From Anaerolineales bacterium (GTDB lineage: Bacteria; Chloroflexota; Anaerolineae; Anaerolineales; E44-bin32): DNA of 64,000 bases. A program made the position numbers and the translations under genes. Shown here piece after piece: positions 17,584-27,736 of this stretch; position 1 is the first letter of the stretch, and each line of letters starts with the position of its first letter. Location of the stretch: assembly GCA_046759305.1 (NCBI GenBank), contig JBHIBY010000001.1, positions 4,339 through 68,338 of the forward strand, read 5' to 3'. Below the pieces are notes generated by a model. The model ran no database searches. It worked only from the letters and a program-made list of their open reading frames with translations, and was not told where the DNA came from.

Positions 17584-18621
17584 TCAGCTCTTGCCTAGCC
17601 TTACTTTTAGGGTTGCTATGAGCGCGGGAACGATATCATAGAGATCCCCCACAATTCCAAAGTGCGCCAGTTTGAAGATGGGCGCCTCGGAGTCTTTGTT
17701 GATGGCCACGATAGTCTTCGCGGTTCTCATTCCTGCCAAATGCTGGATCGCTCCTGATATGCCGCAGGCGATGTAGAGATCAGGCGACACGACCTTGCCA
17801 GTCTGGCCTACCTGATGTGAATACGGGATGTAGCCTGCATCGACTGCCGCACGACTCGCTCCAACGGCCGCGCCTAACACCTTGGCAAGCTCACCGATCA
17901 GCTCGAAGCCCTGCTGTGCCCTCCAGATCTCCTGGTCCTTTTCGTCGGCGATCTCGGCCGGAGGCTCGAGGTTTGGGTTGTTGGAGGTGCCGCGGCCGCC
18001 CGACACAATAACTGCTGCATCGGCCAGGCTTACCCCCACTTCTGACTCCTTGTAGCCCTGCACCTCTGTGAGCGGTTCGGACAATTCAAGATCGAGCTTT
18101 GTGAGCCCGTCTGGAGCTGCCGACGTCTTTTCAGGTGCCGGAAAGGCACGCGAGCGAATGGTCAGGATCTGAGGTCGCCGCTCGTTATTCACTTCTTTGA
18201 CCAGCAGCTTGCCGGCATAGATCGGGCGCATGGCAACAACGGCATTGCCGTCCAGCTCATATTCAACGATATCAGGTGAGACACCGGTCTCCAGATCGAT
18301 GGCCAGCATTCCCCCAAGCTCTCGGGTTCGACTTGTAGTCGGAAGAAGCACAATGTCGGCGCCTTGCTCCTTTACGATCTGTGTCACTGCCTCCGTGTAT
18401 AGCTCAGGTCGGAAGTGCTCGAGCTCAGGCAAATCGACGTAGAAGACCTCGCTGGCTCCATAGACCAGCGCCTCCTGAGCGAGGGCCTCCACGCCACTTC
18501 CCAACACAATTGCCTTAACTTCCACACCCGTGGCCTCGGCCATACTCCGTCCCACTCCAAGGCTTTCCCACGAGGCGGGGATCGCGCGATCGTCGAAGTG
18601 ATCGATATAGACGAGAACCAT
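17584..18621 (-). CDS. etfA: Electron transfer flavoprotein alpha subunit
   Basis: C-terminal FAD-binding signature [15 protein letters not shown]. The start overlaps the etfB stop (ATGA). Confidence 0.9.
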   Translation of the reverse strand: MVLVYIDHFDDRAIPASWESLGVGRSMAEATGVEVKAIVLGSGVEALAQEALVYGASEVFYVDLPELEHFRPELYTEAVTQIVKEQGADIVLLPTTSRTRELGGMLAIDLETGVSPDIVEYELDGNAVVAMRPIYAGKLLVKEVNNERRPQILTIRSRAFPAPEKTSAAPDGLTKLDLELSEPLTEVQGYKESEVGVSLADAAVIVSGGRGTSNNPNLEPPAEIADEKDQEIWRAQQGFELIGELAKVLGAAVGASRAAVDAGYIPYSHQVGQTGKVVSPDLYIACGISGAIQHLAGMRTAKTIVAINKDSEAPIFKLAHFGIVGDLYDIVPALIATLKVRLGKS

Positions 18622-19403
18622 CAGATCACCTTCTGCTCAATGAGGCGATCCGCAAGATTTGCTGTGATTTCTTCCGCATTGCTGCCCTCGATAAACTCGC
18701 ACTGGGCTTGCCCCTTCTCCGGGGCAATAATCTTCGTCCAGGCGAGCGCCGGTTGGGAACTCCCATCCAGTCCGATGTCCACACCCGTCCATCGAGGTAT
18801 TTCTGCCTTGGATGCCTTACGAATTCCCATGAAAGACGGGTAGCGAGGTTCATTGATCTCCTTCACAACGCTCACGACACCCGGCAGGGATCCGCTGACG
18901 ATTTGCCGGCCCTCCTCAAGTAGCCGCTCCACAGTAATCTTTTTGCCGCCGGCATCGAGCTCAGAGATAGCTGCTACAAGATTGAAAGATGGCCAACCAA
19001 GCCGCCGCGCCACCTGCGGTCCGGTGATACCCGTATCGGTGTCCACCGCCGCCTTGCCACAGAAGACGAGCTCGGTTGAGTCCAACATTTGTATTGCTGC
19101 CGCCAGAATGCTGGATGCCACAAGAGAATCAGCCGTCTCATAGGCAGAATCTCGGATGAGGATGGCTTCATCGCAGCCCATGGCGAGAGCCTGCTTGAGT
19201 GCTTCTTCAGCCGCATCGGTCCCCAGGCAGATGGCGGTAACCTTTCCACCCTCCGCCTCTTTAGTGAGCAGTGCCTGCTCCACCGCATACTCGTCCCAGG
19301 GATTGAGTACCAGGGGAGCATCACCCCATGATGCTTTGCCATCAACGACGGACAGCGTAGCTGCCGTGTCGGGCGTCTGTTTGACGCAGACTACGATATT
19401 CAA
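18621..19403 (-). CDS. etfB: Electron transfer flavoprotein beta subunit
   Basis: MNIVVCVKQTPDT N-terminus, typical of EtfB/FixA. Confidence 0.9.
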   Translation of the reverse strand: MNIVVCVKQTPDTAATLSVVDGKASWGDAPLVLNPWDEYAVEQALLTKEAEGGKVTAICLGTDAAEEALKQALAMGCDEAILIRDSAYETADSLVASSILAAAIQMLDSTELVFCGKAAVDTDTGITGPQVARRLGWPSFNLVAAISELDAGGKKITVERLLEEGRQIVSGSLPGVVSVVKEINEPRYPSFMGIRKASKAEIPRWTGVDIGLDGSSQPALAWTKIIAPEKGQAQCEFIEGSNAEEITANLADRLIEQKVI

Positions 19404-19517
19404 TCTACCCTCCTAGTAGGTAATCTCACCGCGGGATTGAGCTGATTTCGTGTCGCTCAAGGTATGCACCCTGGCGACAGAGTTTGGAGATCCCGCAATC
19501 GATGGATTGGGGAATCG

Positions 19518-20729
19518 CTATTCGGATTGCCACACGTCCGCGTCGTAGGCCGGCATCTCACGCCGGAGGGGCCGATCCGCGCGTGATCCCAACGCATAAC
19601 CTGCCTGGATCAGGGAATGTATTTCGTTAGTCCCTTCGTAAATCATGGCCCCCCTCGAATTCCGTAAGTATCGTTCAACCGCATACTCGTCACTGTATCC
19701 GTAAGCACCATGTACGGCGATGGCCTCTGAGGCGGCGGCAAAGGAAGCATCGGTTGCGAATTGCTTTGCCATCGAAGTTTGAACCGTATTTCGCAAGCCC
19801 CGATTCTTGAGCCATCCGGCTTTCAGGTAGAGCAGCTTAGCAATCTCATAGTCCTGAGACATGCGGGCAATTTTTACCTGCACCAATTGGTGGTTTGCAA
19901 TCGGTCGTCCGAATGCTTTGCGCTCGTTGGCATAAGCCACGCTAGCTTCCAGGCAAGCGCGGATCAAACCCGCCGCACCTGCTCCCACGGTATAGCGACC
20001 GCTGTCGAATCCGGACATCGTAATCTTAAAGCCCTCGCCTTCTTCACCCACTAAGCTGTCCCCAGGAAGGCGCACATCGTGCAGGGAAATCCAGCCCGTG
20101 GAACCTGCACGCACGCCGAGCTTTCCTTTTATATCGCCGGTGGTCACGCCTTCGCTCTTCAAGTCCACAATGAAAGAGGACAACGCTTCGCTCGGCCGAT
20201 CCGGCTCGAAATTGGTACGCGCGGTAAGCAAGGCGTAATCTGCCTTGGCTGCGAGCGAGATCCACATCTTTTCACCATTGAGCACGTAATCACTTCCGTC
20301 CTTTTTAGCCGTGGTCTGCATGCTCGCCACGTCGGAGCCCATTCCCGATTCCGTGAATGCGCCACAGCCAATCTTCTCGCCTTTCGCGAGTGGTATCAGA
20401 TACTTCTCCTTTTGTTCCTCCGTGCCCCATTGCAGTAAAGTCAAGCTAGAGAGGCCGACGTGAACCGACATGATGACCCGCAAAGTCGAGTCGACGGCCT
20501 CCAGTTCCTCGCAAGCGAGGCCAAGTGAGATGAAGTCGAATCCCTGGCCGCCGAAACGGACTGGCAAACAAACACCCAGGATGCCAAGCTCGGCCATCCT
20601 GGGCAGTATCTCAGGTGCCATTTCTTGCTTTCGGTCCCACTCACCGATGTTTGGGGCTATCTCTTTTTGAGCAAAATCACGTACCATCTTTTGAGACATC
20701 TCGTGCTCTTCGGTGAGACCAAATTCCAT
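19518..20729 (-). CDS. Acyl-CoA dehydrogenase
   Basis: MEFGLTEEHEMSQKMVRDFAQKEIAP..., and a C-terminal YEGTNEI motif. The ATG at 20729 is preceded by GGAGGG. The track's start at 20849 adds an implausible 40-aa extension. Confidence 0.9.
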   Translation of the reverse strand: MEFGLTEEHEMSQKMVRDFAQKEIAPNIGEWDRKQEMAPEILPRMAELGILGVCLPVRFGGQGFDFISLGLACEELEAVDSTLRVIMSVHVGLSSLTLLQWGTEEQKEKYLIPLAKGEKIGCGAFTESGMGSDVASMQTTAKKDGSDYVLNGEKMWISLAAKADYALLTARTNFEPDRPSEALSSFIVDLKSEGVTTGDIKGKLGVRAGSTGWISLHDVRLPGDSLVGEEGEGFKITMSGFDSGRYTVGAGAAGLIRACLEASVAYANERKAFGRPIANHQLVQVKIARMSQDYEIAKLLYLKAGWLKNRGLRNTVQTSMAKQFATDASFAAASEAIAVHGAYGYSDEYAVERYLRNSRGAMIYEGTNEIHSLIQAGYALGSRADRPLRREMPAYDADVWQSE

Positions 20730-20837
20730 CGTGCAACCCTCCGGAAATCGACCGTTATTATAGCTGTGTGAGCGTATGGACAATTCATCCAGTGGGAACC
20801 ATCCGTTGCTGAGGGAACAGGAGGCGAGCCAAATCTG

Positions 20838-21779
20838 ATGGAAGAGCAAATTATCGACTGGCTACTTGAGGGCGACGTCTCGATCCAATACCAGGCCTGG
20901 CGTGATCTCCTTGATCAAGAGCGGCCGGATCTGCGTGGACAAATTGCTACCGAGGGCTGGGGCGCGCGCTTTCTCAGCCTGCGCAACGACAATGGACATT
21001 GGGGGAGAGCCTACTACCAGCCGAAATGGATCTCCACCCACTACACGATCTTGGATCTCAAGAACCTTGGGATATCTCCAGCAGTGCCGGCGATCCACGA
21101 GACGCTGCGCGACGTTCTTGAGCACCAAAAAGGGCCTGACGGAGGGATCAATACGTCCCCTACGATCAAGCAAAGTGACGTCTGCTTGAATGGTATGTTC
21201 CTCAACTTTGCTGCCTATTTCGAGATGTCAGTGGAATCGCTTCAGTCCATCGTCGATTTCATTCTTAGCGAGCACATGAATGATGGGGGGTTCAACTGCG
21301 ATGCCAGCCGGTGGGGTGCGGTGCACAGTTCGCTACACTCGACTCTATCGATTCTGGAAGGAATCTTGGAGTTCACCGCAAACGGATATTCTTACCGGAC
21401 TCCAGAGCTCCTTCAGGTTGCGGCGGCAGCAAGGGAATTTATTCTCCAGCATCGTCTCTATAAGTCCGACCGCACTGGTGAGATCATTGACAAGCGGATG
21501 CTGCTTCTCTCCTACCCTGCGCGCTGGTATTACGACATACTCCGCGCGCTAGATTACTTCCAATGCGCGGGAGTCGAATTTGATCCAAGAATGCAGGACG
21601 CACTGGACGTATTGATCAAGAAGCGTCGCAAGGACGGCAAGTGGCCGGTGCAGGGAAAGCATCCAGGTCAGACACACTTCGAGATGGAGCTCCCTCGTGA
21701 GCCGAGTCGTTGGAACACATTGCGCGCGTTGCGGGTACTGAAGCATTTTGATCTGATGACGCGACCCGGCGTGCGATAG
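20838..21779 (+). CDS. Hypothetical protein, possibly an alpha/alpha-toroid (prenyltransferase/terpene-cyclase-like repeat) fold
   Basis: 313-aa ORF with recurring xDGGF / NGHWG-type aromatic-Gly repeat motifs (NDNGHWG, GPDGGI, NDGGFN, KDGKWP). The fold call is pattern-based only. Confidence 0.5.
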   Translation: MEEQIIDWLLEGDVSIQYQAWRDLLDQERPDLRGQIATEGWGARFLSLRNDNGHWGRAYYQPKWISTHYTILDLKNLGISPAVPAIHETLRDVLEHQKGPDGGINTSPTIKQSDVCLNGMFLNFAAYFEMSVESLQSIVDFILSEHMNDGGFNCDASRWGAVHSSLHSTLSILEGILEFTANGYSYRTPELLQVAAAAREFILQHRLYKSDRTGEIIDKRMLLLSYPARWYYDILRALDYFQCAGVEFDPRMQDALDVLIKKRRKDGKWPVQGKHPGQTHFEMELPREPSRWNTLRALRVLKHFDLMTRPGVR

Positions 21780-21858
21780 TATCTCGTCGGCTCGCAATCT
21801 CCAACGCTGTTTGCCGTCATAGATCCGGCATGAAGCCCTCGGCAATCTGTCAAGGGCG

Positions 21859-23277
21859 TTGTATTATCGTGCGACAATGGAACTCTTTCGCAGGCGTGGG
21901 CTCCACGTTGCAGCCGTACTCATCCTCGTCGTGGCGCTCGGAGTCACCGCATATCCTGCCAGCTGGACCGAAAATCTCGAGGCAGCAAGCACGGCTATTC
22001 TCGCAGGGCGATTGGATCTCGCGCTGCCAGCCCTGGCGGATGCGATTGCGCTCGAGCCTGAGGTACCAGCACTGCACATGCGAGCAGCTCAGGGTGCACT
22101 TGCATCCGATGAAGCCAACCAAGCCATCGACTATCTGAGTCAGGTGCCCGGGAACGAGTCGCGCATCGAGTGTCTGGAGCTGGGTGTAAAGATTCGGGCT
22201 GGCCTTATTGAGGAGGCACTTGATCAGCTGGAGCGAGCACGCTGCCCAGACCAGGCAGTCCTACTGCGAGAAGAAGCAAACCTGCTGTTCGCCGCGGGCG
22301 ACTATCAGGAAGCCAAACAAATACTCGATGTATTGCAGATCTCGCTTCCTGCAACCCCAGAAGCCAGCGAAATGTTGGGGACACTAATTGCCGTGCACGA
22401 CCCCGAAAATGCACTGAGTTTTCTAAGGCTAGCAATTGACCTCGACCCAGAAGGCGCAAGCCTGGCGTATGAGCTTATCAAAGCCATAGAATCTGCTCGA
22501 AGCGAGGAGAACGCCTCCTTTACACTCGCCCAGGTGGGTCAGACGCTTGCAAGGGCAGAAATGTGGTCGCTGGCTGCCACCGCATTTGAGAATGCCTTGT
22601 TGCATGATCCCGACTATACGGAGGCAAGGGCGTACTACGGGCTGGCGTTGGATCGATCCGGTCAGGATGGCCTTTCGGAACTTGAGCGTGCTGCAGCCGA
22701 AGCGCCTCAGGCTTCGCTGCCCCGCGTGCTCCTTGGAAAACATTGGTTGATTAGTGGAGAGCCAATTCGTGCTGTAGAGGCATACGAACAGGCCGCCGTC
22801 CTTGCACCTGAGGATCCATTCGTCGCAGTGGATCTCGGGGCTGCGTATGCGGCCACGGGCGACATGTCGGCCGCCCGCTTGGCCTATCTGTACGCTGCAA
22901 ACCTTGCGCCGGACGATGCTGCTCTATGGTCGCTACTCGCCCAATTTTCACTGGACTATGAGATTGACCTGGATGAGATCGGGTTGCCAGCCGCTCGCCA
23001 AGTGGTGATGCTCCAGCCACGGGATGCGGCTGCACTCGACCGACTTGGATTCACTCACTTCCTGCTTGGGAATTGGGTCCTGGCTGAGCGGTTTATTATG
23101 GAGGCCATACAAGTCGATAGCAGTTTGGCCAGCGCACAGTATCATCTGGGTCTGCTCCGGCTTGCTGCTGGAGATATCGCGGGGGGGCGCTCCGCACTTG
23201 CCTCCGCTACGGCGCTCGATCCTGATGGACGTCTCGGTAACCTCGCTCGACGCTCGCTTGAGAACCTAAACCCTTGA
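21859..23277 (+). CDS. Membrane-anchored TPR-repeat protein
   Basis: N-terminal helix VAAVLILVVALGV followed by many Ala/Leu-rich 34-aa TPR-like repeats (AxxAYxxALxxDPD). Confidence 0.72.
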   Translation: MYYRATMELFRRRGLHVAAVLILVVALGVTAYPASWTENLEAASTAILAGRLDLALPALADAIALEPEVPALHMRAAQGALASDEANQAIDYLSQVPGNESRIECLELGVKIRAGLIEEALDQLERARCPDQAVLLREEANLLFAAGDYQEAKQILDVLQISLPATPEASEMLGTLIAVHDPENALSFLRLAIDLDPEGASLAYELIKAIESARSEENASFTLAQVGQTLARAEMWSLAATAFENALLHDPDYTEARAYYGLALDRSGQDGLSELERAAAEAPQASLPRVLLGKHWLISGEPIRAVEAYEQAAVLAPEDPFVAVDLGAAYAATGDMSAARLAYLYAANLAPDDAALWSLLAQFSLDYEIDLDEIGLPAARQVVMLQPRDAAALDRLGFTHFLLGNWVLAERFIMEAIQVDSSLASAQYHLGLLRLAAGDIAGGRSALASATALDPDGRLGNLARRSLENLNP

Positions 23278-23296
23278 ACCCGTCCGACGGAAAAGC

Positions 23297-23938
23297 ATGA
23301 ACCTATCTCGAGCGACTCTGCTAGTCTTGGGGTCGTTAGTGGCTGCCGCGTGTGGTGTGTCGTCGGATCCGGGAGAAGTCATCTTTCAGGACGATTTCTC
23401 GAGACCGGTTAGCGGTTGGGATCGATACTACGATTCGACCTATTCCTCTGATTATCACGAGGGAGGCTACCGGATACACGTTCTTGAATCGACTACCGAT
23501 GCATGGGCGGTCCCTCATCTAGATCTGGCAGATGTACAGATTGAAGTAGATGCCACAAAGCTCGGTGGACCGGAGGACAACGTATACGGTGTGCTGTGTC
23601 GGTATCAGGATGCGCGCAATTTCTATTTCTTTCTGATATCTAGCGACGGGTACTCGGGAATTGGGGTGTACAAGGACGGTCGCCGCAGACTGCTTACTGA
23701 TGAAAGCCTGCTCCCCTCTGAAGCTGTCAATCACGGTGAGACCCCTAATCACATTCGGGCCGATTGCAGCGGATATCAACTACGACTATTGGTAAATGGA
23801 ATTCTTGTCGCCGAGACGCAGGCTGCAGAATGGCCCAGTGGAGATGTGGGACTGATAGCGGGCACCTATGGGCAAGCCGGGACAGAGATTCTTTTCGACA
23901 ACTTTTCTGTACTTCAGTCCGATCCCCAGACGCCATAA
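23297..23938 (+). CDS. Putative lipoprotein of unknown function
   Basis: Signal peptide with lipobox LVAAAC. The mature part is beta-rich. It lies 19 nt downstream of the TPR gene. Confidence 0.6.
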   Translation: MNLSRATLLVLGSLVAAACGVSSDPGEVIFQDDFSRPVSGWDRYYDSTYSSDYHEGGYRIHVLESTTDAWAVPHLDLADVQIEVDATKLGGPEDNVYGVLCRYQDARNFYFFLISSDGYSGIGVYKDGRRRLLTDESLLPSEAVNHGETPNHIRADCSGYQLRLLVNGILVAETQAAEWPSGDVGLIAGTYGQAGTEILFDNFSVLQSDPQTP

Positions 23939-24039
23939 TGCCCAACAATCGAGCCCTGTCTGGCAAATTGATAGTTATGTTAGGTACAAAGCTTGAGATA
24001 TAGCTCTGATTACCTTCCGGATCTCTGCGCCAACTGCTC

Positions 24040-24501
24040 ATGTATAATCGCGGCATGTTAACGAAGGATGACCTCGAAGCGAGGCTGAAGGCTGCAATTC
24101 GAGGGGGTAGTGACCTCCACAAGCGTACGCTCCGGATGGTGCTTTCAGAATGGAAGCTTGCGGAAATTGAGCGCGGTGGCGAGCTAGACGAGACAGCCGC
24201 CATAGCGCTTCTTCAGAAGCAGGCCAAAGCTCGGCGTGAGGCGATCGCGGATGCTGAGAACGCTGGGCGGGCCGACATCGTAGATTCGACTCAGGAGGAA
24301 CTGACCTACCTTGAAACATTCCTCCCCCAACCCCTTAGCCAGGCCGAGCTTGAGCAGCTGGCTCGAGAATCGATTCTGGAAACGGGCGCAACGGAGCCAG
24401 GGCAGATGGGCATAGTCATGAAGGACCTCATGCCTCGCCTCGGAGGCCGCGCGGAAGGCAAGCAAGCCAGCGAAGTGGTGCTTAGCTTGCTGGGCTCATA
24501 G
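24040..24501 (+). CDS. yqeY: GatB/YqeY domain protein
   Basis: Pattern KAAIRGGSDLHKRTLRMVLSEWKLAEIE ... GQMGIVMKDLMPRLGGRAEGKQASEVV. The true start may be the ATG at 24055. Confidence 0.85.
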   Translation: MYNRGMLTKDDLEARLKAAIRGGSDLHKRTLRMVLSEWKLAEIERGGELDETAAIALLQKQAKARREAIADAENAGRADIVDSTQEELTYLETFLPQPLSQAELEQLARESILETGATEPGQMGIVMKDLMPRLGGRAEGKQASEVVLSLLGS

Positions 24502-24510
24502 AGATCGACC

Positions 24511-26700
24511 ATGGATGATAGGCGCCTTACTTTTCGTCGCCGAATTTCCCGCACTTGGGAAGCTACTCAACTGTGGATCATTTTTGCTTTTGGCTTGATC
24601 GGAACTATTCTGGCCCTCTCAGCTAGCTCAGCTGAAAACGGATCAGCAGTCGCCCTGCAGACTGGGGATGTAGCAGCGCAGGATGTACTGGCGCCCCATG
24701 AGCTAAGTTATGAGAGTTCCGTATTGACGGATCAGGCTAGGACCGCGGCAGAACAAGCAGTGGCGGAAATCTTCGATCCTCCAAATAGCGCAATTGCCAG
24801 ACTTCAACTTGAACGCCTCACAGCTACGCTTAACTTCATCTCTTCGGTTCGAGCCGATGGTTTTGCCACCACGGAGGAACGCCTGCAAGATGTAATGTCG
24901 ATGGAAGATCTGCAGCTGGACCCACCGATGGCCGAGGCGATCTTGGATCTACCAGCTTCACGCTGGGAAGCAGTCCGGCTCGAGTCATTGTCCGTCCTGG
25001 AGCAGGTCATGCGAGGCGAAATCCGAGAAGACCGCGTGGTTGACGCCTCGCGAGGGATTCGTACATTGATCAGCTTTGGAATGGCTGAAGAGCAGGCTCA
25101 ACTCGTGGAAGAACTCGTGGGTGCATTTGTTGTAGCGAACGCGCTCCTCAACGAGGAAGAGACCGCAGCTGCCCGCACATCGGCCCGAGATGCTGTGGCT
25201 CCGGTCACCCGCTCCTTTGCCCCAGGGCAGATTATCGTCGCCCGTGGAGATCCGGTTTCCGCGATCGATTTGGAGGCGCTGAAGTCGTTTGACTTAATAG
25301 AACCTCCGAGTCGATTGCAGGATCTGGCTTTGCTCGCTTTACTGGTAACACTTCTGGGCAGCGCGGTTGCCCTCTTCGCTTACCGTTTCAATCCTGAAAT
25401 GATGCAGAATGTGCGCATCTCCTGGGTCAACGCCGCACTCTTTGTGATCACCTCCTTGGGGCTGGGATATGCGGTGTCGGGCCAGTCCGTACTGCCTTAC
25501 TTCTTCCCTGCCGCTACCTTGCCGATGCTATTTGCGATCCTGGTGGGTCCAGGCATGGGTGTCATGTCGGCACTGGCGCTCGGTGCGCTGGCAGGTTACC
25601 TGGGACTTCGGGGATTGGAAATCGCGCTTTACTTCATGCTGAGCGGCGCGCTTGGAGCCTTGGCAATTGGTCGTGCTGAGCGTTTAGGGATCTTCGCTTG
25701 GGCCGGCCTGGTTGCTAGCCTGGCTGCGATCTCCGTGGTTGTTATCTTTCGAGTTCCGGATCCAGCGGTGGACATCGTTGAGAAAGCCCGCGTGGTGGGT
25801 GGCGCTCTGGTCACCGGTATTCTCTCCGCCGGTTTGGCCTTCGGCGTGCTACTGCTCATCGGAAGCACACTACGAATCACGACGAATATTCAACTCATCG
25901 AAATTTCGCGTCCAGACCATCCTCTGCTGCAACTGCTGCTACGGACCGCACCCGGCACATATCAGCACAGTCTTCAAGTGGCCAACTTAGCGGAGCAAGC
26001 GACAAGGGCAATCGGTGCCAACGCGCTGCTCACGCGGGTGGGCTGCCTCTATCACGACGTTGGCAAGACGGAGCGCCCGCAATTTTTCATCGAGAATCAG
26101 CTTTCAGGACAGAACATCCACGAGCAAATGGATCCCGCGACCAGCGCCAGCATGATCATCGCTCATGTTACGGATGGCCTCGAATTAGCCCGAAAACACA
26201 GGCTACCAAGTGTGGTGACCGACTTCATTCTCGAGCATCATGGAACCATGCGCACCGATTACCAGTATCACCTGGCCCTGAAGACCGCGGGTGACGACCC
26301 GGATAGCGTAGATCCACGTGACTTCACGTATCCCGGTCCCCGACCTCGTTCTAGAGAGACCGCCATTCTGATGCTCGCGGATGGAGTAGAAGCCAAAATC
26401 CGATCCGACAAGCCGGGCGACGAGGCCTCGCTGGATGAATCAGTTGCTTGGGTCATCGAAGACCGGCTTTCCAAGAAACAGTTGGCCCGCACAGATTTGA
26501 CTCTGAAGAATTTGGACACCATTCGCAGATCCTTTGTTAAGACCCTTCGCAGCATTTACCACCCACGAATTCGTTACCCGGAGGCGGCGGATCCACAACT
26601 TGAAGAGCCCGCCGCACCTGTACCTGTGGTCACGGATCCAAGCGATGCTGAATTGCAGGAGACTGAAACAGCTGCCACGGCCGAACCCAAAGAGGCTTGA
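24511..26700 (+). CDS. pgpH: 7TM-receptor HD-domain phosphohydrolase (PgpH/YqfF-like, candidate cyclic-di-AMP phosphodiesterase)
   Basis: Extracellular N-domain, seven hydrophobic helices, then an HD domain (YQHSLQVANLAE, YHDVGK). It has the conserved position upstream of ybeY-dgkA. Confidence 0.82.
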   Translation: MDDRRLTFRRRISRTWEATQLWIIFAFGLIGTILALSASSAENGSAVALQTGDVAAQDVLAPHELSYESSVLTDQARTAAEQAVAEIFDPPNSAIARLQLERLTATLNFISSVRADGFATTEERLQDVMSMEDLQLDPPMAEAILDLPASRWEAVRLESLSVLEQVMRGEIREDRVVDASRGIRTLISFGMAEEQAQLVEELVGAFVVANALLNEEETAAARTSARDAVAPVTRSFAPGQIIVARGDPVSAIDLEALKSFDLIEPPSRLQDLALLALLVTLLGSAVALFAYRFNPEMMQNVRISWVNAALFVITSLGLGYAVSGQSVLPYFFPAATLPMLFAILVGPGMGVMSALALGALAGYLGLRGLEIALYFMLSGALGALAIGRAERLGIFAWAGLVASLAAISVVVIFRVPDPAVDIVEKARVVGGALVTGILSAGLAFGVLLLIGSTLRITTNIQLIEISRPDHPLLQLLLRTAPGTYQHSLQVANLAEQATRAIGANALLTRVGCLYHDVGKTERPQFFIENQLSGQNIHEQMDPATSASMIIAHVTDGLELARKHRLPSVVTDFILEHHGTMRTDYQYHLALKTAGDDPDSVDPRDFTYPGPRPRSRETAILMLADGVEAKIRSDKPGDEASLDESVAWVIEDRLSKKQLARTDLTLKNLDTIRRSFVKTLRSIYHPRIRYPEAADPQLEEPAAPVPVVTDPSDAELQETETAATAEPKEA

Positions 26701-26743
26701 CGCCTTAGGTCACTCGTCATTACGATTCCAAGGTGAGGATTGG

Positions 26744-27202
26744 ATGAGCACAGAAGTACAGGTTCAAGGAGGCCCCTACGGAGCTGGCTTCGATCAATCC
26801 ATCATCGCGGCTGCCGAGGCTACTCTCCAGGATCAGAAGGTTGATTCTGGAACGCTAACGGTTGTTCTCACAGATGAGCCTGGGATCTGCGAATACAACC
26901 TTCGCTATGCCGGGATCAACCAGCCCACGGACGTGCTTTCGTTTCCGGGAGGCGAGACTGATCCTGAGACCGGCGCAGAATACCTTGGAGACGTGATCGT
27001 TTGCCCACCGATAGCCCTGACGGGCGCTGCGATGGGACGGCACGCTTTACTAAATGAGCTGTGTCTGCTGACCGTGCATGGCGTGCTTCATCTACTCAGT
27101 CATGATCATGACAATGAAGAAAGCTACAAGCGGATGTTCGATGCACAAGAGCGAATCTTGCAGCGCCTGGGCGACCCGATCGAGGGCACTTCAGATCGAT
27201 AG
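26744..27202 (+). CDS. ybeY: Endoribonuclease YbeY (rRNA maturation)
   Basis: Zinc motif HGVLHLLSHDH. The ATG at 26744 is preceded by AAGGTGAGG. The track's start at 26534 overlaps pgpH. Confidence 0.9.
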   Translation: MSTEVQVQGGPYGAGFDQSIIAAAEATLQDQKVDSGTLTVVLTDEPGICEYNLRYAGINQPTDVLSFPGGETDPETGAEYLGDVIVCPPIALTGAAMGRHALLNELCLLTVHGVLHLLSHDHDNEESYKRMFDAQERILQRLGDPIEGTSDR

Positions 27203-27255
27203 ACCATTCATGGGTACCCTATTTCGAATTGCACGCCCAAGATAGCGGACATTTC

Positions 27256-27618
27256 ATGCCCCTCCTCGTCAGGTCGTTCCGTGATGCCTTCTCGGGGATA
27301 TCTTATGTGTTGCGTACCCAACGAAACGCTCGAATTCACCTGGCCGCCACAATCGCCTTGCTCCTGTTTGGCGCATGGCTTCGGCTTGAAATCGCGCAGT
27401 GGATTCCGCTGATCATAGCAGCCGGGCTTGTGTGGACGGCTGAGTTCATCAATACAGCCATCGAAGCTGCAGTCGATCTCAGCAGCCCAAGGGAGAATCC
27501 GTTGGCGGGTATCGCTAAAGACGTGAGCGCGGGTGCGGTCTTGCTCGCTGCCCTGGCGGCGGTATTGGTCGGCATCATGATCCTGGGCCCAGCGATGGTC
27601 TCTCGGTTGCTTTCATGA
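27256..27618 (+). CDS. dgkA: Diacylglycerol/undecaprenol kinase
   Basis: Contains RNARIHL and AEFINTAIEAAVD. About 120 aa with three helices. Confidence 0.85.
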   Translation: MPLLVRSFRDAFSGISYVLRTQRNARIHLAATIALLLFGAWLRLEIAQWIPLIIAAGLVWTAEFINTAIEAAVDLSSPRENPLAGIAKDVSAGAVLLAALAAVLVGIMILGPAMVSRLLS

Positions 27619-27736
27619 CTTTTAGGTCAGTTTCGGCTATCTTGGCAGGCCCCCAAAAGCTCTCATTGCAACTGACCATTCGATATGTCATAATCCTCGA
27701 TTGCCACTCCGTGGCTATGGTTCAGCGCGCAAACTC

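Noticed and set aside
20730-20849. 40-aa N-terminal extension of the acyl-CoA dehydrogenase
   Set aside because: The extension has no homology pattern. The ATG at 20729 has a GGAGGG SD and gives the canonical ACAD start.
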